DNA of 64,000 bases, from positions 1,152,001-1,216,000 of the forward strand of contig NZ_JAQNDL010000003.1 of the NCBI RefSeq assembly GCF_028368995.1. The letters are read 5' to 3'. The notes beneath the pieces are model-generated. The model was not told the origin of the DNA. It worked only from the letters and a program-made list of their open reading frames with translations, and searched no databases. This DNA is from Nannocystis bainbridge (lineage in GTDB: Bacteria; Myxococcota_A; Polyangia; Nannocystales; Nannocystaceae). Positions 10,593 to 27,959 of the stretch are shown here, piece by piece. The first letter of the stretch is position 1. Each line of letters starts with the position of its first letter. A program made the translations under genes and the position numbers.

Positions 10593-11282
10593 TCAGACGC
10601 GCCCGGAGAAGAACGCGGTGCAGCCGACCGTGAACAGCTCGTAGCGGGAGAAGCTGCGCTTCAGCGCGGCCTCGAGGCCCGGGAGCGTGTCCCAGCGATT
10701 CGACATGGCGCCCGAGCGTTGATACACGTCGAGGGCCAGGCGGGCGAAGAAGTGCTTCATCGACAGGTCGTAGAGCAGCGTCGAGCCGAACACCACCCCG
10801 CCGGGGTTCAGGCACGGCTTCAGGTGCTCGAACACGGTGACGGCCTTGTCCTCGATGAGGCCTGGCAGGCAGTGCAGGAGGTAGCTGATGCCGATCGAGT
10901 CGAACTTCTCGGCGATCCGCAGCGGCCGCAGGATGTTGCGGCGGTACAGCGTGACGTCGGCGTAGCGGCGGATCCGCTCGCGCACGAACATCAGGGTGTT
11001 GGGGTTCAGGTCGACCAGCGCGATATGGGGGGACGCCCCGGGAAAGCGGCAATGATCGAGGAAGTACCCCGAACCCACGCCCGCGTCCATGTGCCGGTCC
11101 GTGACGTGCGCGTCGTAGTGTTCCACCATGCGCGCCGTCGGGCAGCGCCACAGCAGGTTGTTGTTGAGGTTCAGGACCAGAAAGTCGTAGCGCGGCAGGA
11201 ACGAGCGGGTGTACGCCGCCTGTCCTGCCTCCGTGGCCATATCGATCGTCTCGGCGACGTCGGAATCGATCGCGTGTTCCAA
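10593..11282 (-). CDS. class I SAM-dependent methyltransferase (resembles CtvB/AurB-type pyrone O-methyltransferases)
   Basis: SAM motif HMDAGVGSGYFL, VDLNPN, YLLHCLPG, N-terminal YDFLVL..N...WRCPT; TTG start with GGAGG RBS. Confidence 0.85.
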   Translation of the reverse strand: MEHAIDSDVAETIDMATEAGQAAYTRSFLPRYDFLVLNLNNNLLWRCPTARMVEHYDAHVTDRHMDAGVGSGYFLDHCRFPGASPHIALVDLNPNTLMFVRERIRRYADVTLYRRNILRPLRIAEKFDSIGISYLLHCLPGLIEDKAVTVFEHLKPCLNPGGVVFGSTLLYDLSMKHFFARLALDVYQRSGAMSNRWDTLPGLEAALKRSFSRYELFTVGCTAFFSGRV

Positions 11283-11503
11283 ATGTACCTCCAGCGGCGG
11301 TGTGGTTATCAGCCGTATACAACCAAGTCAAGCGAACGATCCGCGATGCGAGCATGTCGTTTTAAAGCCCCACGAACATGCGTCGCATCGCGCGAATTAA
11401 GGCCTTGCTGGTGGTTCTTGCCTGTGTATATTCCAGCCCCGCCGCGCCCATCATTCGTCGCGGTGCACGCGCGATCGCGCGAATTAACACAGTGAGCGAC
11501 TGT
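11283..11503. promoter_or_regulatory. divergent promoter region of the cluster with a 14-bp direct repeat ATCGCGCGAATTAA (11387-11400, 11474-11487)
   Basis: AT-enriched intergenic region between divergent genes; two exact repeat copies 87 bp apart. Confidence 0.6.
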
Positions 11504-12646
11504 ATGGATTTTCATTGGTCGGAATCGCAAGACGAGCTGTATCGCCGGGCGTTGGAGCTGGCGCGGCGGCACTTCGCCGGGCCGAGCCGCGTCTGGGCCG
11601 ATCACGCTTTTGACCGCGCTCATTGGGACATTTGCGCGGAGTTCGGGCTCATGGGGCTCTGCGTCCCCGAGGCCCACGGCGGCCTCGGATTGGACGCGCT
11701 GACCACCGCCCGCGTGGTCGAGGCATTCGGACGCGGCTGCGAAGACACCGGCCTGGTCTTCTCCGCGGCGGCGCACCTGTTCGCGGCGGTGATGCCGATC
11801 GTCGAATACGGGGACGATCCGCTGAAGGCGGCGCTGCTGCCCGGGCTCGCCCGCGGCGCGGCCATCGGCGCCAACGCCATCACCGAGGGCGAGGCCGGCT
11901 CCGACGCGTTCGCCCTGCGCACCGAGGCCCGCCGCGACGGCGATTTCTACGTCCTCGACGGCGCCAAGAGCTACGTCAGCAACGGCCCGGTCGCCGACGA
12001 ATTCGTCGTCTACGCGACGATGAACCGCAAACACGGCTACCTCGGGATCACGGCATTCGTCGTCGCGCGCGATACGCCCGGGCTCCGGCTCGGCGCGCCG
12101 CTGGCGAAGATGGGCCTCAAGAGCTCGCCCGCGTGCTCGCTCTACCTCGAGAACTGCCGCGTGCCGGTCGGCCGCCGGCTCGGCCGCGAGGGCCAGGGCG
12201 GCGCGGTGTTCCAGGCCTCGATGCAATGGGAGCGCTCGTGCCTGTTCGCCGGCTACGTCGGCATGATGGAGCGCCAGCTCGAGCAGGCCGTCGAGTACGC
12301 GCGCACGCGCCGGCAGGGCGGCAAGCCGATCGGCAAGCACCAGGCGGTCGCGCATCGCCTGGCCGACATGAAGCTGCGGCTCGAGGCGGCGCGCCTGCTG
12401 CTTTACCGGGCCTGCTGGCTGCGCGACCGCGGCGAGCCGGCCGTGGCCGCGGTCTCGCTGGCCAAGCTGGCGGTCAGCGAGGCGGCCCGGCAGTCGAGCC
12501 TCGACGCGATCCAGCTGCACGGCGGGGTCGGCTTCGCCGCCGATTACAACGTGGAGCACATGCTGCGCGACAGCGTGCCGGCGACCCTGTTCTCGGGCAC
12601 TTCGGAGATCCAGCGCGACCTGGTCGCGCGGGAGCTGGGGCTGTGA
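11504..12646 (+). CDS. acyl-CoA dehydrogenase family, L-prolyl-PCP dehydrogenase (PltE/RedW-like)
   Basis: ACAD motifs AITEGEAGSD, GAKSYVSNG, KMGLKS, R.Q.GKPI..HQAV, FSGTSEIQR; adjacent to A domain, PCP and halogenase. Confidence 0.9.
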   Translation: MDFHWSESQDELYRRALELARRHFAGPSRVWADHAFDRAHWDICAEFGLMGLCVPEAHGGLGLDALTTARVVEAFGRGCEDTGLVFSAAAHLFAAVMPIVEYGDDPLKAALLPGLARGAAIGANAITEGEAGSDAFALRTEARRDGDFYVLDGAKSYVSNGPVADEFVVYATMNRKHGYLGITAFVVARDTPGLRLGAPLAKMGLKSSPACSLYLENCRVPVGRRLGREGQGGAVFQASMQWERSCLFAGYVGMMERQLEQAVEYARTRRQGGKPIGKHQAVAHRLADMKLRLEAARLLLYRACWLRDRGEPAVAAVSLAKLAVSEAARQSSLDAIQLHGGVGFAADYNVEHMLRDSVPATLFSGTSEIQRDLVARELGL

Positions 12647-12648
12647 CG

Positions 12649-14160
12649 ATGCAGCTCGCCGACCTCGTGATCTCCGCGGCGCGCTCGCGCGCGGATGCAC
12701 CGGCCGTGATCGGCCCGGACGGGGCTCTGACCTACGGCGAGCTCGACGCGCTCGCCAATCGCCTGGCCCGCGCGCTGGCGCGGCGCGGGGTGGTCGCCGG
12801 CGACCGCGTCGGTTTGTGGCTCGAGAAGTCCGGCCGCGGCGTGGCGGCGATGCAGGCGTGCCTGCGCCTCGGCGCCGTCTACGTGCCGCTCGACCCGCTG
12901 AGCCCCGCGGCCCGCGTCGCCGGCATCCTCGGCGATTGCACGGTGCGCTGCGTCGTCACCACCGAGGCGCGCCGGGCCGCGCTCGCGGCCGCCGACGCGC
13001 CCGCCGAGCTGGCGGTGCTGCACGTCGACAGCGACTGGCACGAGGTCCTGCGCGAGTCCGCCGATTCGCTGCCGCCCCCGGCTCGCGGGCCGGACGACCT
13101 CGCCTACATCCTCTATACATCGGGCTCGACCGGCAAGCCCAAGGGCGTGTGCATCAGCCACCGCAACGCGCTCGCCTTCGTCGAATGGGCCGCCGAGGCG
13201 ATCGCGGCCGATTCGCAGGACCGCTTCGCCAATCACGCGCCGTTCCACTTCGACCTGTCGGTGCTCGACCTCTACGTCGCGTTCCTCGCCGGCGCCGCGG
13301 TCGCGCTGGTGCCCGAGGGGCTGTCGTACGCGCCGCGTCGACTCGTTGAATTCGTCCGCGAGCACGCGATCAGCGTGTGGTATTCGGTGCCTTCGGCGCT
13401 GGCCTTGATGATGGAAGTGGGCGAGCTGTCCGCCGCCGCCGCGCCGACGCTGCGGGCGATCCTGTTCGCCGGCGAGCCGTTCCCGATCAAGCCGCTGCGG
13501 CGCTTGCGGGCCGGCTTCCCCGCGGCGCGCCTCTTCAACTTGTACGGGCCGACCGAGACCAATGTCTGCACCTATCACGAGGTCACCACGCTGGCCGACG
13601 ATCGCAGCGCGCCGGTCCCGATCGGTCGCGCCTGCTCGGGCGACGAGGTGTGGGCGGTGCGCGCCGACGGCGAGCGCGCCGGGCCGGGCGAGGAGGGCGA
13701 GCTCATCGTCGCCGGCCCGACGGTGATGCTCGGCTATTGGGGGCAGCCGCCCCAGCGCGGGCCCTACGCCACCGGCGACATCGTCCGTGGCGACGACGCC
13801 GGCGAATACACGTACATCGGCCGGCGCGATCACATGGTGAAGATCCGCGGCCACCGCGTCGAGCTCGGCGACATCGAGGCCGCGCTGCTGCAGCACCCGG
13901 ACATCCGCGAGGTCGCGGTGGCCGTGCGCGGGGCCGGCATCGACGCCCGCCTGCACGCCTTCGTGGTCGCCCCGCCGCCGGCTGAATTGTCGCTGCTCGG
14001 CCTCAAGCGCCACTGCGCCGAGCGACTGCCCAGATACATGATCGTCGACGACTTCACCCCGGTCACCGCCTTGCCGCGGACCGGCAACGGCAAGGTCGAC
14101 CGCCTCGCGCTGGCGCGGCTGGCGGCGGCCTCGTCTTCCACCTCCGGAGAGCAGCCATGA
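12649..14160 (+). CDS. stand-alone adenylation enzyme, proline-PCP ligase (PltF/RedM-like)
   Basis: LTYGEL, YILYTSGSTGKPKG, FDLSV, NLYGPTETNVC, YATGD, LPRTGNGKVDR; context of pyrrolyl starter cassette. Confidence 0.9.
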   Translation: MQLADLVISAARSRADAPAVIGPDGALTYGELDALANRLARALARRGVVAGDRVGLWLEKSGRGVAAMQACLRLGAVYVPLDPLSPAARVAGILGDCTVRCVVTTEARRAALAAADAPAELAVLHVDSDWHEVLRESADSLPPPARGPDDLAYILYTSGSTGKPKGVCISHRNALAFVEWAAEAIAADSQDRFANHAPFHFDLSVLDLYVAFLAGAAVALVPEGLSYAPRRLVEFVREHAISVWYSVPSALALMMEVGELSAAAAPTLRAILFAGEPFPIKPLRRLRAGFPAARLFNLYGPTETNVCTYHEVTTLADDRSAPVPIGRACSGDEVWAVRADGERAGPGEEGELIVAGPTVMLGYWGQPPQRGPYATGDIVRGDDAGEYTYIGRRDHMVKIRGHRVELGDIEAALLQHPDIREVAVAVRGAGIDARLHAFVVAPPPAELSLLGLKRHCAERLPRYMIVDDFTPVTALPRTGNGKVDRLALARLAAASSSTSGEQP

Positions 14161-14420
14161 GCAATTCCCCCGCCACCCACGACATCGAGCAAGCCCTCAA
14201 ACAATACGTCGCCCGCGAGATCCTCGACGGCAAGGACATCGGCCTCGACGCCGACACGCCGCTGCTCGAGTGGGGAGTGATCAATTCACTGGAGATCGCG
14301 CGGCTGCTCGGGTTCGTGCGCGAGCAATTCGGGGTGGTCGTGCCGCTCGAGTCGGTGACCGCCGAACACTTCAAGGACCTGCGCGCGCTGACCGGATTGG
14401 TCGCCTCGCTCAAGGGCTGA
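14157..14420 (+). CDS. peptidyl/pyrrolyl carrier protein (PltL/RedO-like)
   Basis: 87 aa; LLEWGVINSLEI phosphopantetheine Ser motif; ATGA overlap with upstream gene. Confidence 0.9.
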   Translation: MSNSPATHDIEQALKQYVAREILDGKDIGLDADTPLLEWGVINSLEIARLLGFVREQFGVVVPLESVTAEHFKDLRALTGLVASLKG

Positions 14421-14507
14421 ATCGGGGCAGGCCCGGTCGCCGCCATCGCACCGCCGCGTCCGCGGCGGCGCGCGGAGTTTATTTGTCTGCAGTGGAGCGA
14501 ATGTTCA

Positions 14508-15854
14508 ATGTCGAACGTGGATTTTGATGTCGGGATCATCGGCGGCGGGCCGGCCGGGTCGGCCACCGCCTCTTATCTGGCGCGCGCGGGCCTCAAGTGC
14601 GTCGTCTTCGAGCGCGAGCTGTTCCCGCGGCCGCACGTGGGCGAGAGCCTGGTGCCGGCGGCGACGCGGGTGTTCAAGGAGATCGGGTTCCTCGACACGC
14701 TCGAGAACGCCGGCTTCCCCAAGAAGTACGGCGCCGCCTGGACCTCGGCCGACCGCGCGCCGGTCTACGCCATGCAGTTCGAGGGCCTCGCGGCCGATTG
14801 CCACGTCGACATCCGCTTCGAGGAGCGCGAGCAGGCCGGCGTCGACCGCAACTACACCTTCCACGTCGACCGGGCCAAGTTCGACCTGATGCTGCTGCAG
14901 CACGCGCACCAGCTCGGCGCCGAGGTCTACGAGGGCGTGCGCGTGCGCGGCGTCGACCTGTCCGATCCGACCCAGCCGACGGTCCACTTCAAGCTCGGCC
15001 AGCAGGACATCCGCACCCGCGTGCGCATGGTGATCGACGCCAGCGGTCGGCATACGCTGCTCGGCAACCAGCTCAAGCTCAAGGTGCTGGACCCGGTGTT
15101 CAATCAATACGCCCTGCACACCTGGTTCGAGGGCTACGACCGCGACCGCCTGGCCCATGGCCGCGGCCAGCCGGAGTACATCTTCATTCACTTCCTGCCG
15201 CTCACCAACACCTGGGTGTGGCAGATCCCGATCTCCGAGTCCGTCACCAGCATCGGCGTCGTCACCCAGAAGTCGAACTTCGCCAAGAGCCGGCTCGACC
15301 GCGAGCAGTTCTTCTGGGAGTGCCTGCAGAGCCGCCCCGAGCTGTACGAGGGCCTGCGCGCCGCCCGGCAGGTCATGCCGCTCAAAGAGGAGGGCGACTA
15401 CAGCTACGCCATGCGCGAGATCTGCGGCGACGGGTTCGCCCTCGTCGGCGACGCCGCGCGCTTCGTCGACCCGATCTTCTCGAGCGGCGTCAGCATCGCG
15501 CTCAACAGCGGTCGGCTGATCTCGCACGACATCCTGGCCGCCGCCGAGCGCGGTGATTTCCGCCGCGACAGCTTCCGCACCTTCGAGACGCTGATGCGCC
15601 GCGGCACCCGCAATTGGTACAACTTCATCAACCTCTACTACCGCCTCAACGTGCTGTTCACCGCGTTCGTGCAGGACCCGCGGCACCGCATCGACGTGCT
15701 CAAGCTGCTGCAGGGCGACATGTACGACGAGGACGAGCCGGCCGTGCTCACCGAGATGCGGCGGATCGTCACCGAGGTCGAGCGCAACGATCAGCACATC
15801 TGGCACAAGTACCTCGGCTCGCTGACTTCGTCGGCGTTCTCGTCGGTGCTGTGA
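14508..15854 (+). CDS. FADH2-dependent halogenase (PltA-like, carrier-bound substrate)
   Basis: GGGPAG, FPRPHVGESL, WVWQIP (WxWxIP), GDAARFVDPIFSSGV. Confidence 0.93.
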   Translation: MSNVDFDVGIIGGGPAGSATASYLARAGLKCVVFERELFPRPHVGESLVPAATRVFKEIGFLDTLENAGFPKKYGAAWTSADRAPVYAMQFEGLAADCHVDIRFEEREQAGVDRNYTFHVDRAKFDLMLLQHAHQLGAEVYEGVRVRGVDLSDPTQPTVHFKLGQQDIRTRVRMVIDASGRHTLLGNQLKLKVLDPVFNQYALHTWFEGYDRDRLAHGRGQPEYIFIHFLPLTNTWVWQIPISESVTSIGVVTQKSNFAKSRLDREQFFWECLQSRPELYEGLRAARQVMPLKEEGDYSYAMREICGDGFALVGDAARFVDPIFSSGVSIALNSGRLISHDILAAAERGDFRRDSFRTFETLMRRGTRNWYNFINLYYRLNVLFTAFVQDPRHRIDVLKLLQGDMYDEDEPAVLTEMRRIVTEVERNDQHIWHKYLGSLTSSAFSSVL

Positions 15855-15873
15855 TTCGCCGCGCGAGGATCCC

Positions 15874-18158
15874 ATGGTCACGCCCGCGCTCGAGCCCGTC
15901 GCCGTGGTCGGCCTCGGCTGCCGCTTCCCCGGCGCCCCCGACCCTACCGCCTACTGGTCGCTGCTGCGCGCCGGTCGTCACGCGATCGTCGGCGTCCCGC
16001 CGTCGCGCTGGGACGCCGCGGCGCTCCACGACGCCGACCCGCAGCGACCCGGGCGCACGCTGTGCCGCAGCGGCGGCTTCTTGCCCGAGGTGGACGGCAT
16101 CGACTGGCGGGCCCTGCGGCTGTCGCCGCGCGAGGCCAGGGCGATCGATCCGCAGCACCGGCTGCTGCTCGAGGTCGCCTGGGAGGCGCTCGAGGACGCC
16201 GGCCTCCCGCTCGAGGCGGTCGCCGGCAGCCGCACCGGCGTGTTCGTCGGCGCGACCTGGAACGACTACGCGCGCATGCAGTCGCGCGACCGCGACCGCC
16301 TCGACGGCTACGCGGCCGCCGGCACGCCGATGGCCTTCGCCGCCAACCGGATCTCCTTCACCTTCGACCTGCGCGGCCCCAGCGTCGCCCTCGACGCCAC
16401 CTGCTCGGCCTCGCTGGTCGCGCTGCATCAGGCCTGCCAGAGCCTGTGGAGCGGCGACAGCACGCTGGCGCTGGCCGGCGGCGTCAACCTGATCCTCGCG
16501 CCCGACAGCGCGATCATCATGTCCAAGGCCGGCGTGCTGTCGGCCCAGGGCTTGTGCCGGGCGCTCGACGCCGACGCCGACGGGTTCGTGCGCGGCGAGG
16601 GTGCCGGCCTGGTGGTGCTCAAGCTGCGCTCGCAGGTGACCGCGAGCGACCGCGTGTACGCCTACGTGCGCGGCGTCGCCATCAACCACAACGGGCGCGG
16701 GCCGTGGATCATGGCCCCGCGCGCCGAGGCCCAGACGGCGGCGATCCGCGACGCCCTGGCCCGCGCCGCCGTCGACCCGGCCGAGGTCGACTACGTCGAG
16801 CTCCACGGCACCGGCTTCCCCCAGGGCGACGCCACCGAGACCGCCGCGCTCGGGGCGGCCCTCGGTGGGGCGGCGCGCGGCCGGCCCTGCGCCGTCGGCT
16901 CGGTCAAGACCAACATCGGCAACCTCGAGCCCGCCGCCGGGGTCGCCAGCCTGATCAAGGTGTGCCTGGCGCTGCACCACGGCGAGCTGCCGCCGACGCT
17001 GCACCTCGAGCGGATCAACCCGGCGATCGACCTCGCGGGCCTCGGCCTCGCGGCGCAGACCGAGACGACCGCCTGGCCGCGGCGCGCGCGGGCGCGGGTG
17101 GCCGCGGTGACGACGACTTCGTTCAGCGGGGTCAACGCTCACGCGGTGCTCGGCGAGGCCGAGCCAGCCGCGGCCCTGCCGGCGCCGCGCGGCCTGCTGC
17201 CGCTCCCGCTGTCGGCCCGCGATGCGCAGGCGCTGCGGGCCCGCGCCGCCGCGACGATCGAGCAGCTGCGAGGGCTCGAGTCGGATGACGCCGCGGCGCT
17301 GCGGGACGTCTGCTTCACCGCCGCGCTGCTGCGCAGTCACCACGCTCACCGCGTGGCGGTGATCGGCGATAGCGCTCCAGCCCTGGCCGACGCGCTGGCG
17401 CGCTGGCTCGCCGGAGCTCCGTCCGCGAACTCCACTGATTCGCCCGCGAACTCCGCTGATTCGCCCGCGAGCACTGCTGATTCGCTCGCGACCTCCGCCG
17501 ATTCGCCCTGCACCGCGACCGGCATCGAAGCGAGCGAGCTGCACCGGCTGATCGCCGCCTACAACACCGGCGCGGCGATCGACTGGCGCCCGCTGGTGCC
17601 GGCGGGCCGCTGCGTATCGCTGCCGACCTACCCGTGGCAGCGCGAGCGCATGTGGCTCGAGTGGCTCGCCACCCCGCCGGCCGTGGACGCCGAATCAGAG
17701 AATCCCGAAAAGATCGATATCGACGCCAGCACCGGCGACGACACCGTCGACCCGGTCATCCCGCCCCTGCTCGCCGCCCTGCGCGAAGCCTCGCCGGGGC
17801 TGCGGCGCGCTCGCCTGCTGCAGCACGTCGAGCAGGCCTTGCGGGCCGCGCTCGAGCTGCCCGCTGACCTCCCGATCGGCCCGCACGCCCGCCTGTTCGA
17901 CCTCGGCGTCAGCTCCTTGACCGCGCTCGCCCTGCGGACCCGGTTCCAGCGCGAGCTCGCCTGCGAGCTGCCTCCCACCCTCTTGTTCGACCACCCCAGC
18001 CTCGACGGCCTCGCCGGGCGCCTGCTCGCCGCCGCCTTCCCGGAGCCCGCCGCCGACGCCCCGGTCGACGCCCGCGCTCGCGAGCTCGCCGCGCTCACCG
18101 AGGTCGAGGCCGAGGCCGAGCTGGCCCGCCGACTCGAACACCTCCGGAGGTACTTGCC

Positions 18159-18162
<4 letters not shown>
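15874..18162 (+). CDS. type I PKS protein, KS-ACP without AT (probable loading/relay module)
   Basis: KS DATCSAS, HGTG, KTNIGNLE; no GHSxG AT motif; post-AT linker LPTYPWQRERMW; ACP FDLGVSSL. Confidence 0.88.
17420..17510 (+). repeat. in-frame ~21-bp tandem repeat (SPANSAD-like), ~4 copies
   Basis: ctgattcgcccgcgaactcc-type units at the position of the missing AT domain. Confidence 0.8.
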
Positions 18163-23767
<5,605 letters not shown>

Positions 23768-23771
<4 letters not shown>

Positions 23772-26700
23772 ACGTGACACAGCTCCTCAACGAACTGGCG
23801 CAGCAGAACATCCGCATCGCCGCCGACGGCGACGACCTCACCGTGCGGGCGCCTCGCGGCGCGCTGACCCCGTGGCTGCGCGAGCAATTGCAGCAGCACA
23901 AGCCAGCGATCCTCACCCTGCTGCGCCGCGACATCCCGGCAGGCGACCAGCCGGCCATCCCGCGCGTCACCCCCGACCTCGCCGCGCGCCACGAGCCGTT
24001 CCCGCTGACCGACATCCAGCAGGCCTACTGGGTCGGCCGCATGTCCGAGTTCGATCAGGGCGACGTCTCGATTCACTTCTACGTCGAGGTCGACGGCCAG
24101 CACCTCGACCTGCCGCGCCTCGAGACGGCCTGGAACCGCATGGTGCGGCGCCACGACATGCTGCACTCGGTCGTCGCCGCCGACGGCCGCCAGCGGATCT
24201 TGGAGCAGGTCCCCGACTATCACTTCGTCGTCGCCGACCTGCGTGAGCGCTCCGCCGCCGAAGTCGAGGCCGCCCTCGCCGCCGTGCACGACGAGCTCTC
24301 GCACCAGGTGCTGCCGAACGACCGCTGGCCGGCCTTTGAGATCCGCGCCTCGCTCCTGCCCGGCGGCGTCACTCGCCTCCACCTCAGCGTCGACCTCGTC
24401 AACATGGACGGCGGCAGCCTCATGCTGCTGCTCGACGAGTGGACCCGCGTCTACTTCGACCCGCACACTTCGCTCGAGCCGCTCGAGCTGTCGTACCGCG
24501 ATTACGTGCTCGCCGAGCTCGAGCTGCGCAAGACCCCGGCCTACCAGCAGTCGCTCGCCTACTGGAAGCAGCGCGTGCCGCAGCTGCCGCCCGCGCCCGA
24601 GCTGGTGACCGTCGGCGGCGAGCGCCAGCGGACCCGCTTCGTCCACAAGACCGCCAAGATCGAGCGCGCCGTGTGGGAGCGCCTCAAGGCCGCCGCGACC
24701 GCCCGCGACCTGACCGTCTCGTCGGTGCTCGCGGCCGCCTACGCCGAGGTCCTGGCCGCGTGGGGCAAGGGCCCCGACTTCACCCTCAACGTCACCCTGT
24801 TCAACCGCCTGCCGGTGCACCCGCAGGTCGACGCGATCCTCGGCGACTTCACCTCGATGATCCTGCTCGGCGTCGAGGGCTCGGCCCACGCCGAGTTCGA
24901 GGCGCGCGCGCGGGCGATCCAGCAGCAGCTGTGGCACGACCTCGAGCACCACGAGGTCAGCGGCATCGAGGTCCTGCGCGAGCTGGCGCGGGTGCGCCAG
25001 CAATACGGCGGCGCGATCATGCCGATCGTCTTCACCAACATGTTGAACCTCGGCGCCAAGGGCTTCGCCCCGCTCTACACCGCGCTCGAGCGGCTCGGCA
25101 GCGTCGCCTTCATCCTCACCCAGACCCCGCAGGTGTGGCTCGACTACCAGGTCCACGAGGACGCCGAGGGCCTGCGCCTGACCTGGGACGCGGTCGAGGG
25201 CCTGTTCCCGGCCGGCATGGTCGACGACATGTTGACCGCCCACTGCCGCCTGCTGCGCCGCCTCGCCGACGACGAGCAGGCCTGGCGCGGCCCGCTGGTC
25301 CTCGTCTCGCCTGACCACGTGGCCATGTGCGAGGCCGCCAACCGGACCGAGGCCGCGGTCCCCGAAGTCCTGCTGCACCGCCTGTTCGAGGCCCAGGTCC
25401 CGCGCCGCCCCGATCACCCGGCCGTGGTCGCCGGCGGCCGCACGCTCACCTACGCCGAGCTGCACCGCCGCGCCTGCCAGGTCGGCAACCGCCTGCGCGC
25501 GCTCGGGGCCGTGCCCGACGCCCTGGTGGCGATCGTCATGGACAAGGGCTGGGAGCAGGTCGTCGCCGCGCTCGGCATCCACATGGCCGGCGCCGCCTAC
25601 GTCCCGATCGATCCGTCGGTCCCGCCGGCGCGGCTGCATCACCTGCTCGCCCACGCCGAGGTCAAGCTGGTGCTCACCCAGTCGCACCTCGACGCTCGCC
25701 TCGCCTGGCCGGCCGGCGTGCAGCGCCTGCGCATCGACGGCGACGATTTCCTGCGCGACGACGACGCCCCGCTGGTCCCCGCGCAGCGGCCCGGCGACCT
25801 CGCCTACGTGCTCTACACCTCCGGCTCGACCGGCCAGCCCAAGGGCGTGATGATCGAGCAGCGCAGCGTCGTGAACCGCATGCTCGACGTGGGCCAGCGC
25901 GCCGGCGTCGGGCCCGACGACCGCTGCCTCGCGCTCACCGCCCTTCATCACGACCTCTCGGTGTGGGACATCTTCGGCGTGCTCGCGGCCGGCGCCACCA
26001 TCGTCGTGCCCGACGCCGCCGCCGTGCGCGATCCGGCCAGCTGGACCGCGCTCATGCGGCGCGAGCGGGTCACCCTGTGGAACTCCGTGCCCGCCTTCCT
26101 CGAGATGCTCGTCGAGCACCTCGAGCACGCCGCCGACGACGTCCCCGAGGCCCTGCGGTGGGTCATCCTCGCCGGTGACTGGATCCCCGTCGGCCTGCCC
26201 GACCGCCTGCGCGCCCACCTCCCGCGGGTCGCCATGGTCGCCTCCGGCGGCCCGACCGAGACCACCATCTGGGACATCTGGTACCCGATCGGCGCCGTCG
26301 ATCCGGCCTGGCGCAGCATCCCCTACGGCCGGCCCATGACCGGCAGCCGCTACCACGTGCTCGACCCCGCCCTGCGCCCGTGCCCGGCCCAGGTCCCCGG
26401 CGAGCTCTACATCGGCGGCGTCGGCCTGGCGCGCGGCTACTGGCGCGACGAGGCCCGCACCGCCGCCGCCTTCGTCGTCCACCCCGTCACCGGCGAGCGC
26501 CTCTATCGCAGCGGCGACCTCGGGCGGTGGTTGCCCGACGGCAACATCGAGTTCCTCGGCCGCGCCGACAACCAGGTCAAGGTCGGCGGCGTGCGCATCG
26601 AGCTCGAGGAGATCGAGGCCGAGCTCGGGCGTCACCCGCAGGTCCGCGGCTGCGCCGTGGTCGTCAAGGGCGAGCCCGGCGGCGCGCGTCACCTGGTCGC

Positions 26701-27959
26701 CTTCGTCGTCCCGAACGAGACCGAGGCCGACGCCGACACCGACGCCGACACCGAAGCTCCGCGCCCGCACGGGGCCGACCCCGGCCTCGACGCTCCTGCC
26801 GCCAAGCTCGAGTTCAAGCTGCGTCACCTCGAGCTGCGCGACGACCTCGCGGACCGGCCCGCCGTCGCCCTGCCCGAGCTCGCCGGCGACCCCCTGTCCG
26901 ACCTCGTGGCGGCCCGTCGCAGCCGCCGCAGCTTCCGCCCCGACCCCGTCCCCTTGACCGCGATCGCCGGCCTGCTCGCCGGCCTGCGCGCCCGCCGTCA
27001 CGACGACCTCGTGCGCCGCGGCTACCCCTCGGCCGGCAGCCTCTACCCTGTCCAAACGTACATGTTCGTAAAGCCAGGTCGCATCGACGGCCTCGAGGGT
27101 GGCGCCTACCACTACGACCCCGAAGCCCACCGCCTCGTCCGCCTCGGCGACGACCTCCCCGGCCCCGGCATGCACGCCCCCGTCAACCGCCCCGCCTTCA
27201 CCAGCGCCGCCTTCTCGCTGCTCCTGGTCGGCCAGCTGCGGGCCATCGAGCCGCTCTACGGCGCCCAGGCCCGCGATTTCTGCCTGCTCGAGGCCGGCTA
27301 CGCCAGCCAGAGCTTGATGCTGGCCGCCGAGCAGCACGGCCTCGGCCTGTGCCCGATCGGCGGCCTCGACGACGCCGCCCTGCGCGGCCCGCTGGCCCTC
27401 GACGACGGCCACGTCGTCCTTCACAGCCACGTCGGCGGCCTGCCCGACGCCGCCGCCGCCCCGCCGGCCGGCCCGCTCGGCCCCGCCGGCCTGCGCGCCC
27501 ACCTGCGCACGCGCCTGCCCGAGGCCCTGGTGCCCGCCACCTACGTCCTCGTCGACGCCCTGCCGCGCACCGCCAACGGCAAGCTCGACCGCCGGGCCCT
27601 CGCCGCCCGCGACGTCAACGACACCGCCGCCCCCGCCGCGGCCGCCAGCGGCCTCGAGGAGCGCGTCGCCGCCATCGTCGCCGAGGTCCTGCAGCTGCCT
27701 CGCATCGAGCGCGACCAGAACTTCTTCGAGCTCGGCGCCACCTCCGTCCACCTGGTCCGGATCGCCGGCCGCCTGCGCACCGAGCTGGGTTGCCAGGTCA
27801 CCGTCACCACCCTGTTCCGGGCCGCCACCGTGCGCGTGCTCGCCGGCCAGCTCGAGGTCGGCGCCGCCGAGGAGGCCGCCGCCCAGCTCCAACAACAGGC
27901 GCAGGGCCGCGTCGAGGCCCGCCTGGCCGCGCGAGGCCGTCGCGGCCGCGGAGGCAGCG

